Shown here: in pieces, positions 56,777 to 64,000 of the stretch | Layout: every line of letters begins with the position of its first letter | Position numbering within the stretch: position 1 is the first letter of the stretch | Source: a virus | Lineage: Duplodnaviria; Caudoviricetes | Virus record (IMG/VR): IMGVR_UViG_3300027766_000001 | Length of the DNA: 64,000 nucleotides | Direction: 5' to 3' (one strand) | Translations under genes and position numbers: made by a program | The notes under the pieces: generated by a model | Seen by the model: only the letters and a program-made list of their open reading frames with translations | Told to the model about the DNA's origin: nothing | Databases searched by the model: none

Positions 56777-57727
56777 ATGGCGATCACTTTAAACTGGACC
56801 AACAAAAACACGGGTATCACGAACTTCAAAGTGTACCGTGGTACCTCGCGTGGTAACCTCAGCCTGTTAACCACACTTGCCAGTACGGCATTAACCTACA
56901 GTGACACCAGTGCATCAAACAACGTACTGTACTACTACCAGATCAATGCGGTAATCGGTGCGTCGGAAGAGATCCCTGGATCAATCGTTCCTTATGCAAA
57001 CATCACCGATACCGGACCGGGTCCGCAAACGTTAGTGCGCGGCACCATGGAGTTTGGTTATTTCGGTACGTTAGCAGCGGCGGACTTTGTTGCCTCTTCC
57101 GATATGCAAGCCGCTTTCCCGGTAGGGTCAGCTTACGCAACCGCGGTCACGTTCTGGTTTAAGATGGCGTGCAACGGGAAAGTGTTGTTTATCCCTAATC
57201 AGCCAGCACGTTCTCTTTCACAGTCCACTGTTAACACGCTGAACGGCCTGTATAATGCAGGGTGTCTGTTGGGTACCGGTGAAGCGACGGTCCCACACGC
57301 AGCCATCACTGCTGGCAGCACACCGGTGATGCAAAACAAGAAAGTGACGTTCGGCGCGTATGAGTTCTACGCCCGGATGCCAAAGGCGGCACAGTCTACG
57401 GATATCAAATCGAATCTGGTCATCCCCGCCACCATCACGCCAGACATTGCGTTTTCGGAAGCGTCGTTAATGGCATCACTGAACACCACGTGGCTTGCCA
57501 CCCCTGCGAGCATTGCTGCTGGTGCCATGCCCTCACAACCGCACAGTGGTAACAGTGCATTGGTCATGGGTGGGGCGACTATGCTAACACAGCACGCAAC
57601 GGCGAGTAATGTGGTGGCCCTGCTTAATACCAACGGCACTGTGACGTCGTGTGTTTACGCCAGTCCAGCCACTTCCAGCATTACGGCGTATATTTACGGT
57701 ATCCTCGAACTCATTCCTTCGAGTTAG
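56777..57727 (+). CDS. Putative virion/tail-associated protein with N-terminal FN3-like domain
   Basis: TLNWTN...FKVYRG...YSD...YYY, then GPGPQTLVRG...GYFG. Confidence 0.6.
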   Translation: MAITLNWTNKNTGITNFKVYRGTSRGNLSLLTTLASTALTYSDTSASNNVLYYYQINAVIGASEEIPGSIVPYANITDTGPGPQTLVRGTMEFGYFGTLAAADFVASSDMQAAFPVGSAYATAVTFWFKMACNGKVLFIPNQPARSLSQSTVNTLNGLYNAGCLLGTGEATVPHAAITAGSTPVMQNKKVTFGAYEFYARMPKAAQSTDIKSNLVIPATITPDIAFSEASLMASLNTTWLATPASIAAGAMPSQPHSGNSALVMGGATMLTQHATASNVVALLNTNGTVTSCVYASPATSSITAYIYGILELIPSS

Positions 57728-57882
57728 CTGATGTCAGCCGTCAGTGGAGTTGGCAAAATGGTTGGTGGGATGCTGGGTAACGTCTTGCGTTTGTAAAACA
57801 TTACATACTTCACTGGTATATATAACCACACACTTATTGGTCAGGGTTCTTCCCTGGCCTTTATTCCCATCAAGGACTGCTT

Positions 57883-58143
57883 ATGATTTCAGACATTACT
57901 GTTGGTCACGTTTACCGCTCACCATCAGGCTTGCCGTTTCAGGTATTGGCGAAAGCCGCCCACGGCCAAGACTGCTCATTATCGATGATCGTTTATCAGA
58001 ACTTGACAGCGACCTATGACTATCCGCCGGGCAAAACCTGGGTGGAGTCCGAGTCGATGTTTCTCAAGCAGTTTACCGAATATGACTCTGGAGTGTATTA
58101 TGACTTTAACCATGCAGCAACACCTCAGGGAGCGCGGCTATGA
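57883..58143 (+). CDS. DUF1653-like protein
   Basis: G.VYR...G..FQV...A........MIVYQ.L......WV....MF pattern. Confidence 0.7.
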   Translation: MISDITVGHVYRSPSGLPFQVLAKAAHGQDCSLSMIVYQNLTATYDYPPGKTWVESESMFLKQFTEYDSGVYYDFNHAATPQGARL

Positions 58144-58399
58144 CCTAGAGCGCTACCCAACCACCTGGTTGACTGAGACCAGTATGACCGTTCCCCTGTT
58201 TGACTTTGATGGCAAATTAAAAGGCTATCAGACCTATACCCCCGATGCGCCGAAGAAGCCACTAACGAACAATCCAAAAGAGGCGAAGTACTTCACTCGC
58301 ATGATGGGTCATGGTCAGCTCGTCTGGGGAACTGAATTGGAGTTGGCTGTGGAGTATGAAATTAACAACCAACAGACCAACAACCGTATTCTTAACTGA
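58100..58399 (+). CDS. Primase-like protein, N-terminal part (no Zn-binding domain)
   Basis: GGAG SD; VPLFDFDGKLKGYQ...KYF...VWG typical of the DnaG catalytic N-terminal subdomain. Confidence 0.6.
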   Translation: MTLTMQQHLRERGYDLERYPTTWLTETSMTVPLFDFDGKLKGYQTYTPDAPKKPLTNNPKEAKYFTRMMGHGQLVWGTELELAVEYEINNQQTNNRILN

Positions 58400-58649
58400 A
58401 TCGGTTTTCAAAGCGTGTGCGTTACACCGGTTAGGATTTAACGCCTGGTCAGTGCTCGGGAGCAACGTTTCTGAGGCGCTGTATAAACAGTTGTGTTTAC
58501 TTCCTTATCGGTTTGTTTGTGCCGGAGACGATGACAAGGCAGGTCACGCGTTCTCTGAGACATTTAAATATGGGTTTGTTTCTTCTGACTTAGATGAATT
58601 ATCGTCTGAAGAAGTCTTGCGTCTTGCAACCCCATTTGTTGATTATTAA
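58311..58649 (+). CDS. Primase-like protein, TOPRIM part (+1 frame relative to N-terminal part)
   Basis: VFLTESVFKA (TOPRIM Glu), VLGS, AGDDDKAG (DxD), SDLDEL. Confidence 0.65.
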   Translation: MVSSSGELNWSWLWSMKLTTNRPTTVFLTESVFKACALHRLGFNAWSVLGSNVSEALYKQLCLLPYRFVCAGDDDKAGHAFSETFKYGFVSSDLDELSSEEVLRLATPFVDY

Positions 58650-58663
58650 AAGAGACTACCACC

Positions 58664-59989
58664 ATGAGTGAAGGACGTGCTGTAAAAGAAGAGTTTCGTC
58701 AACTCGCCCGGATCGTGGAAATCGACGATGTATTACCCCACCCGAATGCCGACCGTATGGAACTGGCCATCGTCGGTGGCTGGCAGATCTGTATCAAGCT
58801 CGGTGAGTTTAAGAAAGGCGATTGGGCGTTGTATTGCGAGATCGATTCACTGGTACCGACCATCTTGCCGGAATTCAGATTCCTGGAAGAGCGTGGTCAG
58901 GATATCAAGGTGTTTAACGATCAGACTTACTGTCGCATCAAATCCATTAAGCTGCGTAAAGAGATGTCGCAAGGGTTGCTGGTTCCGATCCCTGTGGCAC
59001 TCGCCTCGGCTGGCAAGGTAGAGGGCGACGACTGCACCGAAGAACTCGGTGTGTTGAAGTACGACAAGTCCGAATCAAAGGTGACCAATCCGGTTGAGCA
59101 ACAATACAGCTGGTATCACCGCCTGGCACTGCGTATCCTGGGCCCGCAGCCTGAACCGCTGCCTTTCCCCTCCTTCCTGCGTAAGTCCGAGGAGAATCGC
59201 GTACAGAACGCCTCCTCTATGTATAAGCATGCGGTAGAGAACCGTGAAGAGTTTGAAGTGTCTGTCAAGCTCGACGGCGAATCCATGACTGTGTACAGCA
59301 TGGAGGATAACGGGCGTCTGGTCACCGGCGTGTGTTCACGTAACACCGAAATTGAACAGCGGGACATCGTCTACAGCTGGCCACGTGCGATTCGTCGCTG
59401 GATCGGTTTGCTGATGCTGCGTAACCGTCGTGCAATTCAACCACGCTGCTTCGTTAAACCAGAAGGCAAGTTTGGTCTGGCGTGGATTAAACAGCTGATT
59501 GATCTTAATCGTGAGTCGCGCTTCATTAACATGGGCACACCGAAGTTTGTGCGTGTCATCAAGGCCAGCGATGACAGCTTCCTGCGCACAGCCTTGAATT
59601 GGGCGGTGATGGAAAAGCTCAAGCTCGAGTACAAACGTCGTGGTGTAGCATACACGGTGCAAGGTGAAGTGGTCGGGCCGGGCGTTCAGGGTAACTACGA
59701 AGGTATGGACGAGAAGCAGTACTTCGTCTATCGCGTCTATGTAAATGGTCGTACACCACTGCTACCCGAAGAAGCCCGTGAAGTGTGTAAACGCATTGGC
59801 CTCAGTTATGTGCCGGTATTGGATGACAACTTCCGTTTACCGGTCGACATGAAGGGCTTACTGCGTTACGCCGAAGGTCCTCGCTTCTTTGCCAAGAACG
59901 GTCACCGTGAAGGCATCGTGGTGAAATCCAAAACCCGCGACTTCTCGCTTAAAATCATCTCCAACAAATATCTGCTGAACGAAGCATAG
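58664..59989 (+). CDS. ATP-dependent RNA ligase (DRB0094/Rnl2-like) with N-terminal OB-like domain
   Basis: HPNADRME...GGWQ...YCEIDS; motif I KLDG, SRN, QGE, YFVY, EGIVVK, LKIIS. Confidence 0.9.
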   Translation: MSEGRAVKEEFRQLARIVEIDDVLPHPNADRMELAIVGGWQICIKLGEFKKGDWALYCEIDSLVPTILPEFRFLEERGQDIKVFNDQTYCRIKSIKLRKEMSQGLLVPIPVALASAGKVEGDDCTEELGVLKYDKSESKVTNPVEQQYSWYHRLALRILGPQPEPLPFPSFLRKSEENRVQNASSMYKHAVENREEFEVSVKLDGESMTVYSMEDNGRLVTGVCSRNTEIEQRDIVYSWPRAIRRWIGLLMLRNRRAIQPRCFVKPEGKFGLAWIKQLIDLNRESRFINMGTPKFVRVIKASDDSFLRTALNWAVMEKLKLEYKRRGVAYTVQGEVVGPGVQGNYEGMDEKQYFVYRVYVNGRTPLLPEEAREVCKRIGLSYVPVLDDNFRLPVDMKGLLRYAEGPRFFAKNGHREGIVVKSKTRDFSLKIISNKYLLNEA

Positions 59990-59998
59990 GAACAGATC

Positions 59999-60598
59999 AT
60001 GGCTAAACTCGAATTTCGTTTTGGCAGCATGAACACGGGCAAGTCTACCGGGTTAATTCAGGTGTGGCACAACTACACCGAACTCAAACGTTCTTGTTTG
60101 ATCCTGAAACCCAGCGTAGATACGCGTGATGGTGACAATGTATCAAAAGTCACCAGTCGTGTTGGGTTGGAAGCACCGGCGGTACTGTTCAGTGTCGACA
60201 GCGTATTAATGGATGTGGTTTCACGACTGATCCGTGAAGTGCGCCCGCATTGCATCTTGATTGATGAAGCCCAGTTCATGACAGAGCAGCAGGTGCGTGA
60301 TATCGCTGGCATCGTGGATATCTTTAAGATTCCGGTCATTGCCTTTGGTTTGCGTACCGACTTCCAGGGTAAGCTGTTCCCGGGGTCTGCAGCGATGTTG
60401 TCGATTGCGGACAAACTCACTGAAACCAAAACCATCTGTGGTGATCCGAGCTTCTGTACTCGTAAAGCCACGCATGTGCTTCGCTTAGACAAGCATGGTG
60501 ATGCAGTGAAGGACGGTCCACAGGTCGAAGTAGGCGGTAACGACCGCTACGTGGCAGTGTGTCGTTATCACCACGGCAAGTCCATGGGTTACTACTGA
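59999..60598 (+). CDS. tdk: Thymidine kinase (type II, TK1-like)
   Basis: GSMNTGKS, ILIDEAQF, FGLRTDFQG, Zn-site C...C...YVAVCRYH. Confidence 0.95.
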   Translation: MAKLEFRFGSMNTGKSTGLIQVWHNYTELKRSCLILKPSVDTRDGDNVSKVTSRVGLEAPAVLFSVDSVLMDVVSRLIREVRPHCILIDEAQFMTEQQVRDIAGIVDIFKIPVIAFGLRTDFQGKLFPGSAAMLSIADKLTETKTICGDPSFCTRKATHVLRLDKHGDAVKDGPQVEVGGNDRYVAVCRYHHGKSMGYY

Positions 60599-60604
60599 TC
60601 ATAC

Positions 60605-60634
60605 GGGCAGGGCTTCGGTCCTGCCTTTATGCTG
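60605..60634 (+). terminator. Intrinsic terminator with UUCG loop
   Basis: GGGCAGGGC-TTCG-GTCCTGCCT-TTATGCTG. Confidence 0.8.
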
Positions 60635-60676
60635 ATCAAATTCTATAACAGCAGAAGTAATCAATGGGGTGCGATG

Positions 60677-61384
60677 ATGTTAGAAATGATTATGGGGAGG
60701 AGCAGAGGGAGTATTGTGCCAGGTACCCCGGTCATGGGGTTCAACTTTGATCTGGGGAAAAGCACCAGTACGCCAGCCACAACTGGCTACTCAGGTGGAG
60801 TAATCTCAAAAAACGCAGCAGGCCCTGAATTGAGTGGGTATGCTCAAAGCCTGCGCTGTAATGGCACCTTCGCCAACGTCACACCACTAAGTGCATTGGA
60901 TACCCTTGGGACCAGTGATTTTACATTGGAGTGCTGGTGCTGGATGACCACTATTCCAGGTGATTACTATCCGCTTATTCTGATCACCTTTAAAAACGGC
61001 AAGTACCTGACCATCCGTGTGGCTAACGGCGGGTACGGTCAGCGTATGCAGGTGGGTATTGATCTGGGCAATGGTGGTAACTTCAGTCCTAACGTAACCG
61101 GTACGTCATTACGTAATGGCTGGCATCACTTCGCACTGGTGCGTAAAGATAACCGCTGTGTGTTCTACATCGACGGTAATCAACAGATGCTGGCCGCAGG
61201 AGTCGGCACGACGTATAACTTGCCTGACTTCAACGGTGCGTTTGATTTATCAGGTGGGATGTCTGCTTTCACTATTGGTAAGGCCAGCAGCGGAACCGGT
61301 GATCTGTATATGCCCGAATTTGGGATGTATAACTTCGCACGTTACAGCGCTAGCTTCACACCACCACACCCAATCTACAAATAG
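60677..61384 (+). CDS. LamG/concanavalin A-like lectin-domain protein (likely virion-associated)
   Basis: DFTLECW, WHHFALVR...FYIDG, YSASFTPP; GGGG SD. Confidence 0.75.
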   Translation: MLEMIMGRSRGSIVPGTPVMGFNFDLGKSTSTPATTGYSGGVISKNAAGPELSGYAQSLRCNGTFANVTPLSALDTLGTSDFTLECWCWMTTIPGDYYPLILITFKNGKYLTIRVANGGYGQRMQVGIDLGNGGNFSPNVTGTSLRNGWHHFALVRKDNRCVFYIDGNQQMLAAGVGTTYNLPDFNGAFDLSGGMSAFTIGKASSGTGDLYMPEFGMYNFARYSASFTPPHPIYK

Positions 61385-61392
61385 GTGCTCCT

Positions 61393-62109
61393 ATGCTGGA
61401 GATGATATTAGGTAAACCCAAGGCAAAGATCGGTGGACCCATACTTGGGTATAACTGGTCCGCCGGTACGAGTACAAGTTCGCCGGATGTAACAACGTAT
61501 AGCGGTGGTGTCACCACACCACTGAGCGAATCTAGCGCATTGGCTGGATACAGCAATACGTTGCGCGCACTGAGTACCACTATCCAATTATCCAAACCGA
61601 CCGCGCTCAACTCCCTGGCATTACAAGACTTTACGTGTGAAGGGTGGTTTTGGTGCTCGACGATCCCCAATAATTACCAAACGTTGTTTCAAATAAAGTG
61701 GCCGGGAATTGGTGATGTTTTCATGCAGTTCGGTGACAGTGGGTTTGGTAACCGATTGCAGACTGGCCTGCGTGCAGCGTACGCCACCAATGAAACCTTT
61801 AGCACACCGTATACGCGGGCTAATTTTCTTAACGCCTGGCATCACATTGCGTTAGTGCGTAAAGACAGCAGGATTCGTTTGTATATCGACGGCGTGTTAC
61901 AGGCTATGGCGGCTGGGACAAGCACAACGTACAATGTCTACGACATGACGGGTAATTACAGCTTGACTGGCACGCCGAGTTTGTGTCAGATCAGCGGGAC
62001 CTATGCAACACCGAGTGATATCTACACACCTGAATTCTTATTTACCCTTGGCGCTAAATACACCGCCAACTTTACACCACCGAAGGGCCCTATCGTCAGC
62101 TTGACATAA
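61393..62109 (+). CDS. LamG/concanavalin A-like lectin-domain protein, tandem paralogue
   Basis: DFTCEGW, WHHIALVR...LYIDG, YTANFTPP. Confidence 0.75.
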   Translation: MLEMILGKPKAKIGGPILGYNWSAGTSTSSPDVTTYSGGVTTPLSESSALAGYSNTLRALSTTIQLSKPTALNSLALQDFTCEGWFWCSTIPNNYQTLFQIKWPGIGDVFMQFGDSGFGNRLQTGLRAAYATNETFSTPYTRANFLNAWHHIALVRKDSRIRLYIDGVLQAMAAGTSTTYNVYDMTGNYSLTGTPSLCQISGTYATPSDIYTPEFLFTLGAKYTANFTPPKGPIVSLT

Positions 62110-62141
62110 ATGCCAGGGGTTACGCCCCTGGCTTTATGCCG
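62104..62141 (+). terminator. Terminator with CATAAA / TTTATGCCG flanks
   Basis: CATAAATGCCAGGGG-TTACG-CCCCTGGCTTTATGCCG. Confidence 0.8.
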
Positions 62142-62150
62142 CCTAAATGT

Positions 62151-62175
62151 TTTTATACCTACATTACCAATATGT
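62151..62175 (+). promoter_or_regulatory. Putative phage early promoter
   Basis: TTTTA-tac-CTACATTAC-caat-ATGT. Confidence 0.7.
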
Positions 62176-62228
62176 ATCTCCCAACTAATTGCTTTACATT
62201 TATAGCGTTCAACGATTAAGGAGACGGA

Positions 62229-62549
62229 ATGGACCGGTCGATCTTCGACATCACCAATCCTCTGCTGCCGGTATTTCCACTGTGCAGTGATCCGGAGGTC
62301 AATCAAAAGCAAGCCGATTACCTGCGTCCGATTATTTTGAATGTTCTGGTTGCAGTGTCCAATCCGTTGCACTATCCCCGGTTGGAACAAGACATGCAGT
62401 CGTGGGACCCACAAGGCCGTGACATCTTTATCCGCTTGCATCGTCACTTGCAACCTGCGCTTATCCAGCACTCGGGTATCTTGCTGACTATCCTTGAGGT
62501 GTCAGCCACCCCAGTGAACTATCAGATAACAATAGGTCATGGTGTATGA
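62229..62549 (+). CDS. Hypothetical early protein
   Basis: AAGGAG SD. Confidence 0.75.
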   Translation: MDRSIFDITNPLLPVFPLCSDPEVNQKQADYLRPIILNVLVAVSNPLHYPRLEQDMQSWDPQGRDIFIRLHRHLQPALIQHSGILLTILEVSATPVNYQITIGHGV

Positions 62550-64000
62550 AAACCACATTTGAAATCACGCAATATTTAGACCAGTTTGTTATTGGTCAAA
62601 TGGATGCCAAACGTGCCATCGCTGTTGCTTACCGTGAACGCGCTTTGCGTTTAGAGAACTCCGGTGAAGAATGGCGCTACGTAGTGCCGAACAACATTTT
62701 GATGATTGGTCCAAGTGGGGTAGGGAAAACTGAGTTGGCACGGCAAATGGCCGAACTCACCAATGCACCGTTCATCAAAGTGGAGATTACGGAATTCACG
62801 CAGGTGGGTTACTTTGGTCGGGATGTGAAAACCATTCTCTCTGATTTGGTCACCGAAGCTGTGCGGATTGCGCCCAGTCTGTGGAAAGAGCAAAGTAAGG
62901 CAGTCGGCCCTTCTGCTGCAGTGAGTGGGTTAACGCGCAAACTGTTTTTGGAAGACAAAGACCTGGTTGCCAAGCACCTTAAAGTTGACCCGGCTGGGTT
63001 GACCTATGCGCAAGTAGAGGATGCCTCGAACGCGGGTAAGCTGAACAAGTTAATTGTGCCGGCCAGTTACATTCTGCATCATCGCTTAACTGTACCCGTT
63101 GAAAAGAAGAAGTCAACCATTGACGATATGCTGGAAGAAATGGGACTGTCGTTCAATGGCAACAAAGCATCGGGTGATTACGGCATCTACCAAAACTTCG
63201 CAGCAATGTGTATCTCAGCAGCGGGTTTGAAAGACAAAGCTGTGGCTGACCATCTGCAGACGTTACTGCCGGCAAGTTACTACGCAAGGTTGAGCCGTCG
63301 CCCCAAACTGTCAGAGTCATATGTCAACAACATCATGATTGGCATGGCACCTGACAAAATAAAAGACATCGCCATTGAACTGGGTAAGTACCACAAGACT
63401 AAATGGAGTGACCTGGTTAAAACGGTCAAGGTTGCCAATCGCTCATCCAATGACATTCCGGATGACTTCATTGTCCGTTTAGTGGAAGACCGCGGGATTA
63501 TCTTTATCGACGAGATTGATAAGATCTTTGTCGACAAGTCCGGTGGTAATGTGGGTAACATCGGTGTGGTGCGTGACTTACTCCCCTATTTGGATGGGGT
63601 GACCTTGGACGTTCCGATGCAAGGTGAACGCGAACAATACTACGGTAACAGCCGTGGTAAGAATCGTACCTTCCGTATCAACACCGCCAACATCCTCTGG
63701 ATTGCGTCTGGTGCATTCAATATCGCCAAGGTCTCTGATGTACCTGCTGAGATACTGGGGCGTCTTCCGGTGCATGTGCGTTTGCAACCACTGGACAAAG
63801 ACTCCTTGTACCAAATCCTGAACAAGCCGCACGGTTCAGTAATTGCTCGACTGAAGATGATCATGGGCGCTGAAGGGGTGGAGTTTAACATCACTGATGA
63901 AGCCGTGAAAGACATTGCCCAGTTGGCCTTTGACTGTAACCAACGCGGTGAGGATATCGGTGCACGTCGTCTGATTAACCTCAGCAGTGTCTTGTTTGAC
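62546..64000 (+). CDS. hslU: HslU/ClpY-like AAA+ unfoldase (3' truncated by window; not in ORF track)
   Basis: Read from sequence: MKTTFEITQYLDQFVIGQMDAKRAIAVA, GPSGVGKT, FTQVGYFGRDV, IFIDEIDK, RDLLP, ASGAF, GRLP, IGARRL. Confidence 0.9.
   Translation, partial: MKTTFEITQYLDQFVIGQMDAKRAIAVAYRERALRLENSGEEWRYVVPNNILMIGPSGVGKTELARQMAELTNAPFIKVEITEFTQVGYFGRDVKTILSDLVTEAVRIAPSLWKEQSKAVGPSAAVSGLTRKLFLEDKDLVAKHLKVDPAGLTYAQVEDASNAGKLNKLIVPASYILHHRLTVPVEKKKSTIDDMLEEMGLSFNGNKASGDYGIYQNFAAMCISAAGLKDKAVADHLQTLLPASYYARLSRRPKLSESYVNNIMIGMAPDKIKDIAIELGKYHKTKWSDLVKTVKVANRSSNDIPDDFIVRLVEDRGIIFIDEIDKIFVDKSGGNVGNIGVVRDLLPYLDGVTLDVPMQGEREQYYGNSRGKNRTFRINTANILWIASGAFNIAKVSDVPAEILGRLPVHVRLQPLDKDSLYQILNKPHGSVIARLKMIMGAEGVEFNITDEAVKDIAQLAFDCNQRGEDIGARRLINLSSVLFD

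Noticed and set aside
57731-57796. 21-codon ORF MSAVSGVGKMVGGMLGNVLRL resembling an amphipathic peptide
   Set aside because: No convincing SD, and an ORF this short is expected by chance

Overview
This is a 64-kb segment of a large lytic dsDNA phage, most likely a phiKZ-like jumbo myophage (Chimalliviridae) of an Enterobacterales host. The taxonomy is inferred from the gene repertoire, a TAYATYAC early-promoter motif and an E. coli-like YgiB. About 100 tightly packed genes lie almost all on the + strand. Recognisable products: gpV-type baseplate spike, SbcC/Rad50 ATPase, signal-peptide lytic transglycosylase, QueC-like PP-loop protein, LemA-like/TPM-like membrane pair, Lar-like protein, thymidylate synthase, PnuC-like transporter, HD hydrolase, NAD-dependent DNA ligase, AAA ATPase, MazG-like protein, YgiB lipoprotein, SAM methyltransferase, beta-helix tailspike/depolymerase, tail-associated proteins, split TOPRIM primase-like gene, RNA ligase, thymidine kinase, two LamG proteins and a truncated HslU. 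I found no CRISPR array, tRNA, rRNA, integrase, transposase or reverse transcriptase. I cannot demonstrate a complete new system. The strongest leads are (1) a monocistronic non-RNR protein ending in the exact NrdA redox tail CX4C-KI, (2) an EF-Tu N-terminal-like motif in an unrelated protein, (3) a recurring set of catalytically degenerate enzyme folds that may act as decoys, (4) three structured intergenic RNA candidates plus a switchable leader on the lysin gene, (5) a conserved CATAA...TTATGCCG hairpin element, (6) a split primase-like gene and (7) a duplicated insertion module in ThyA. All assignments are by-eye motif recognition; no database search or folding program was run.
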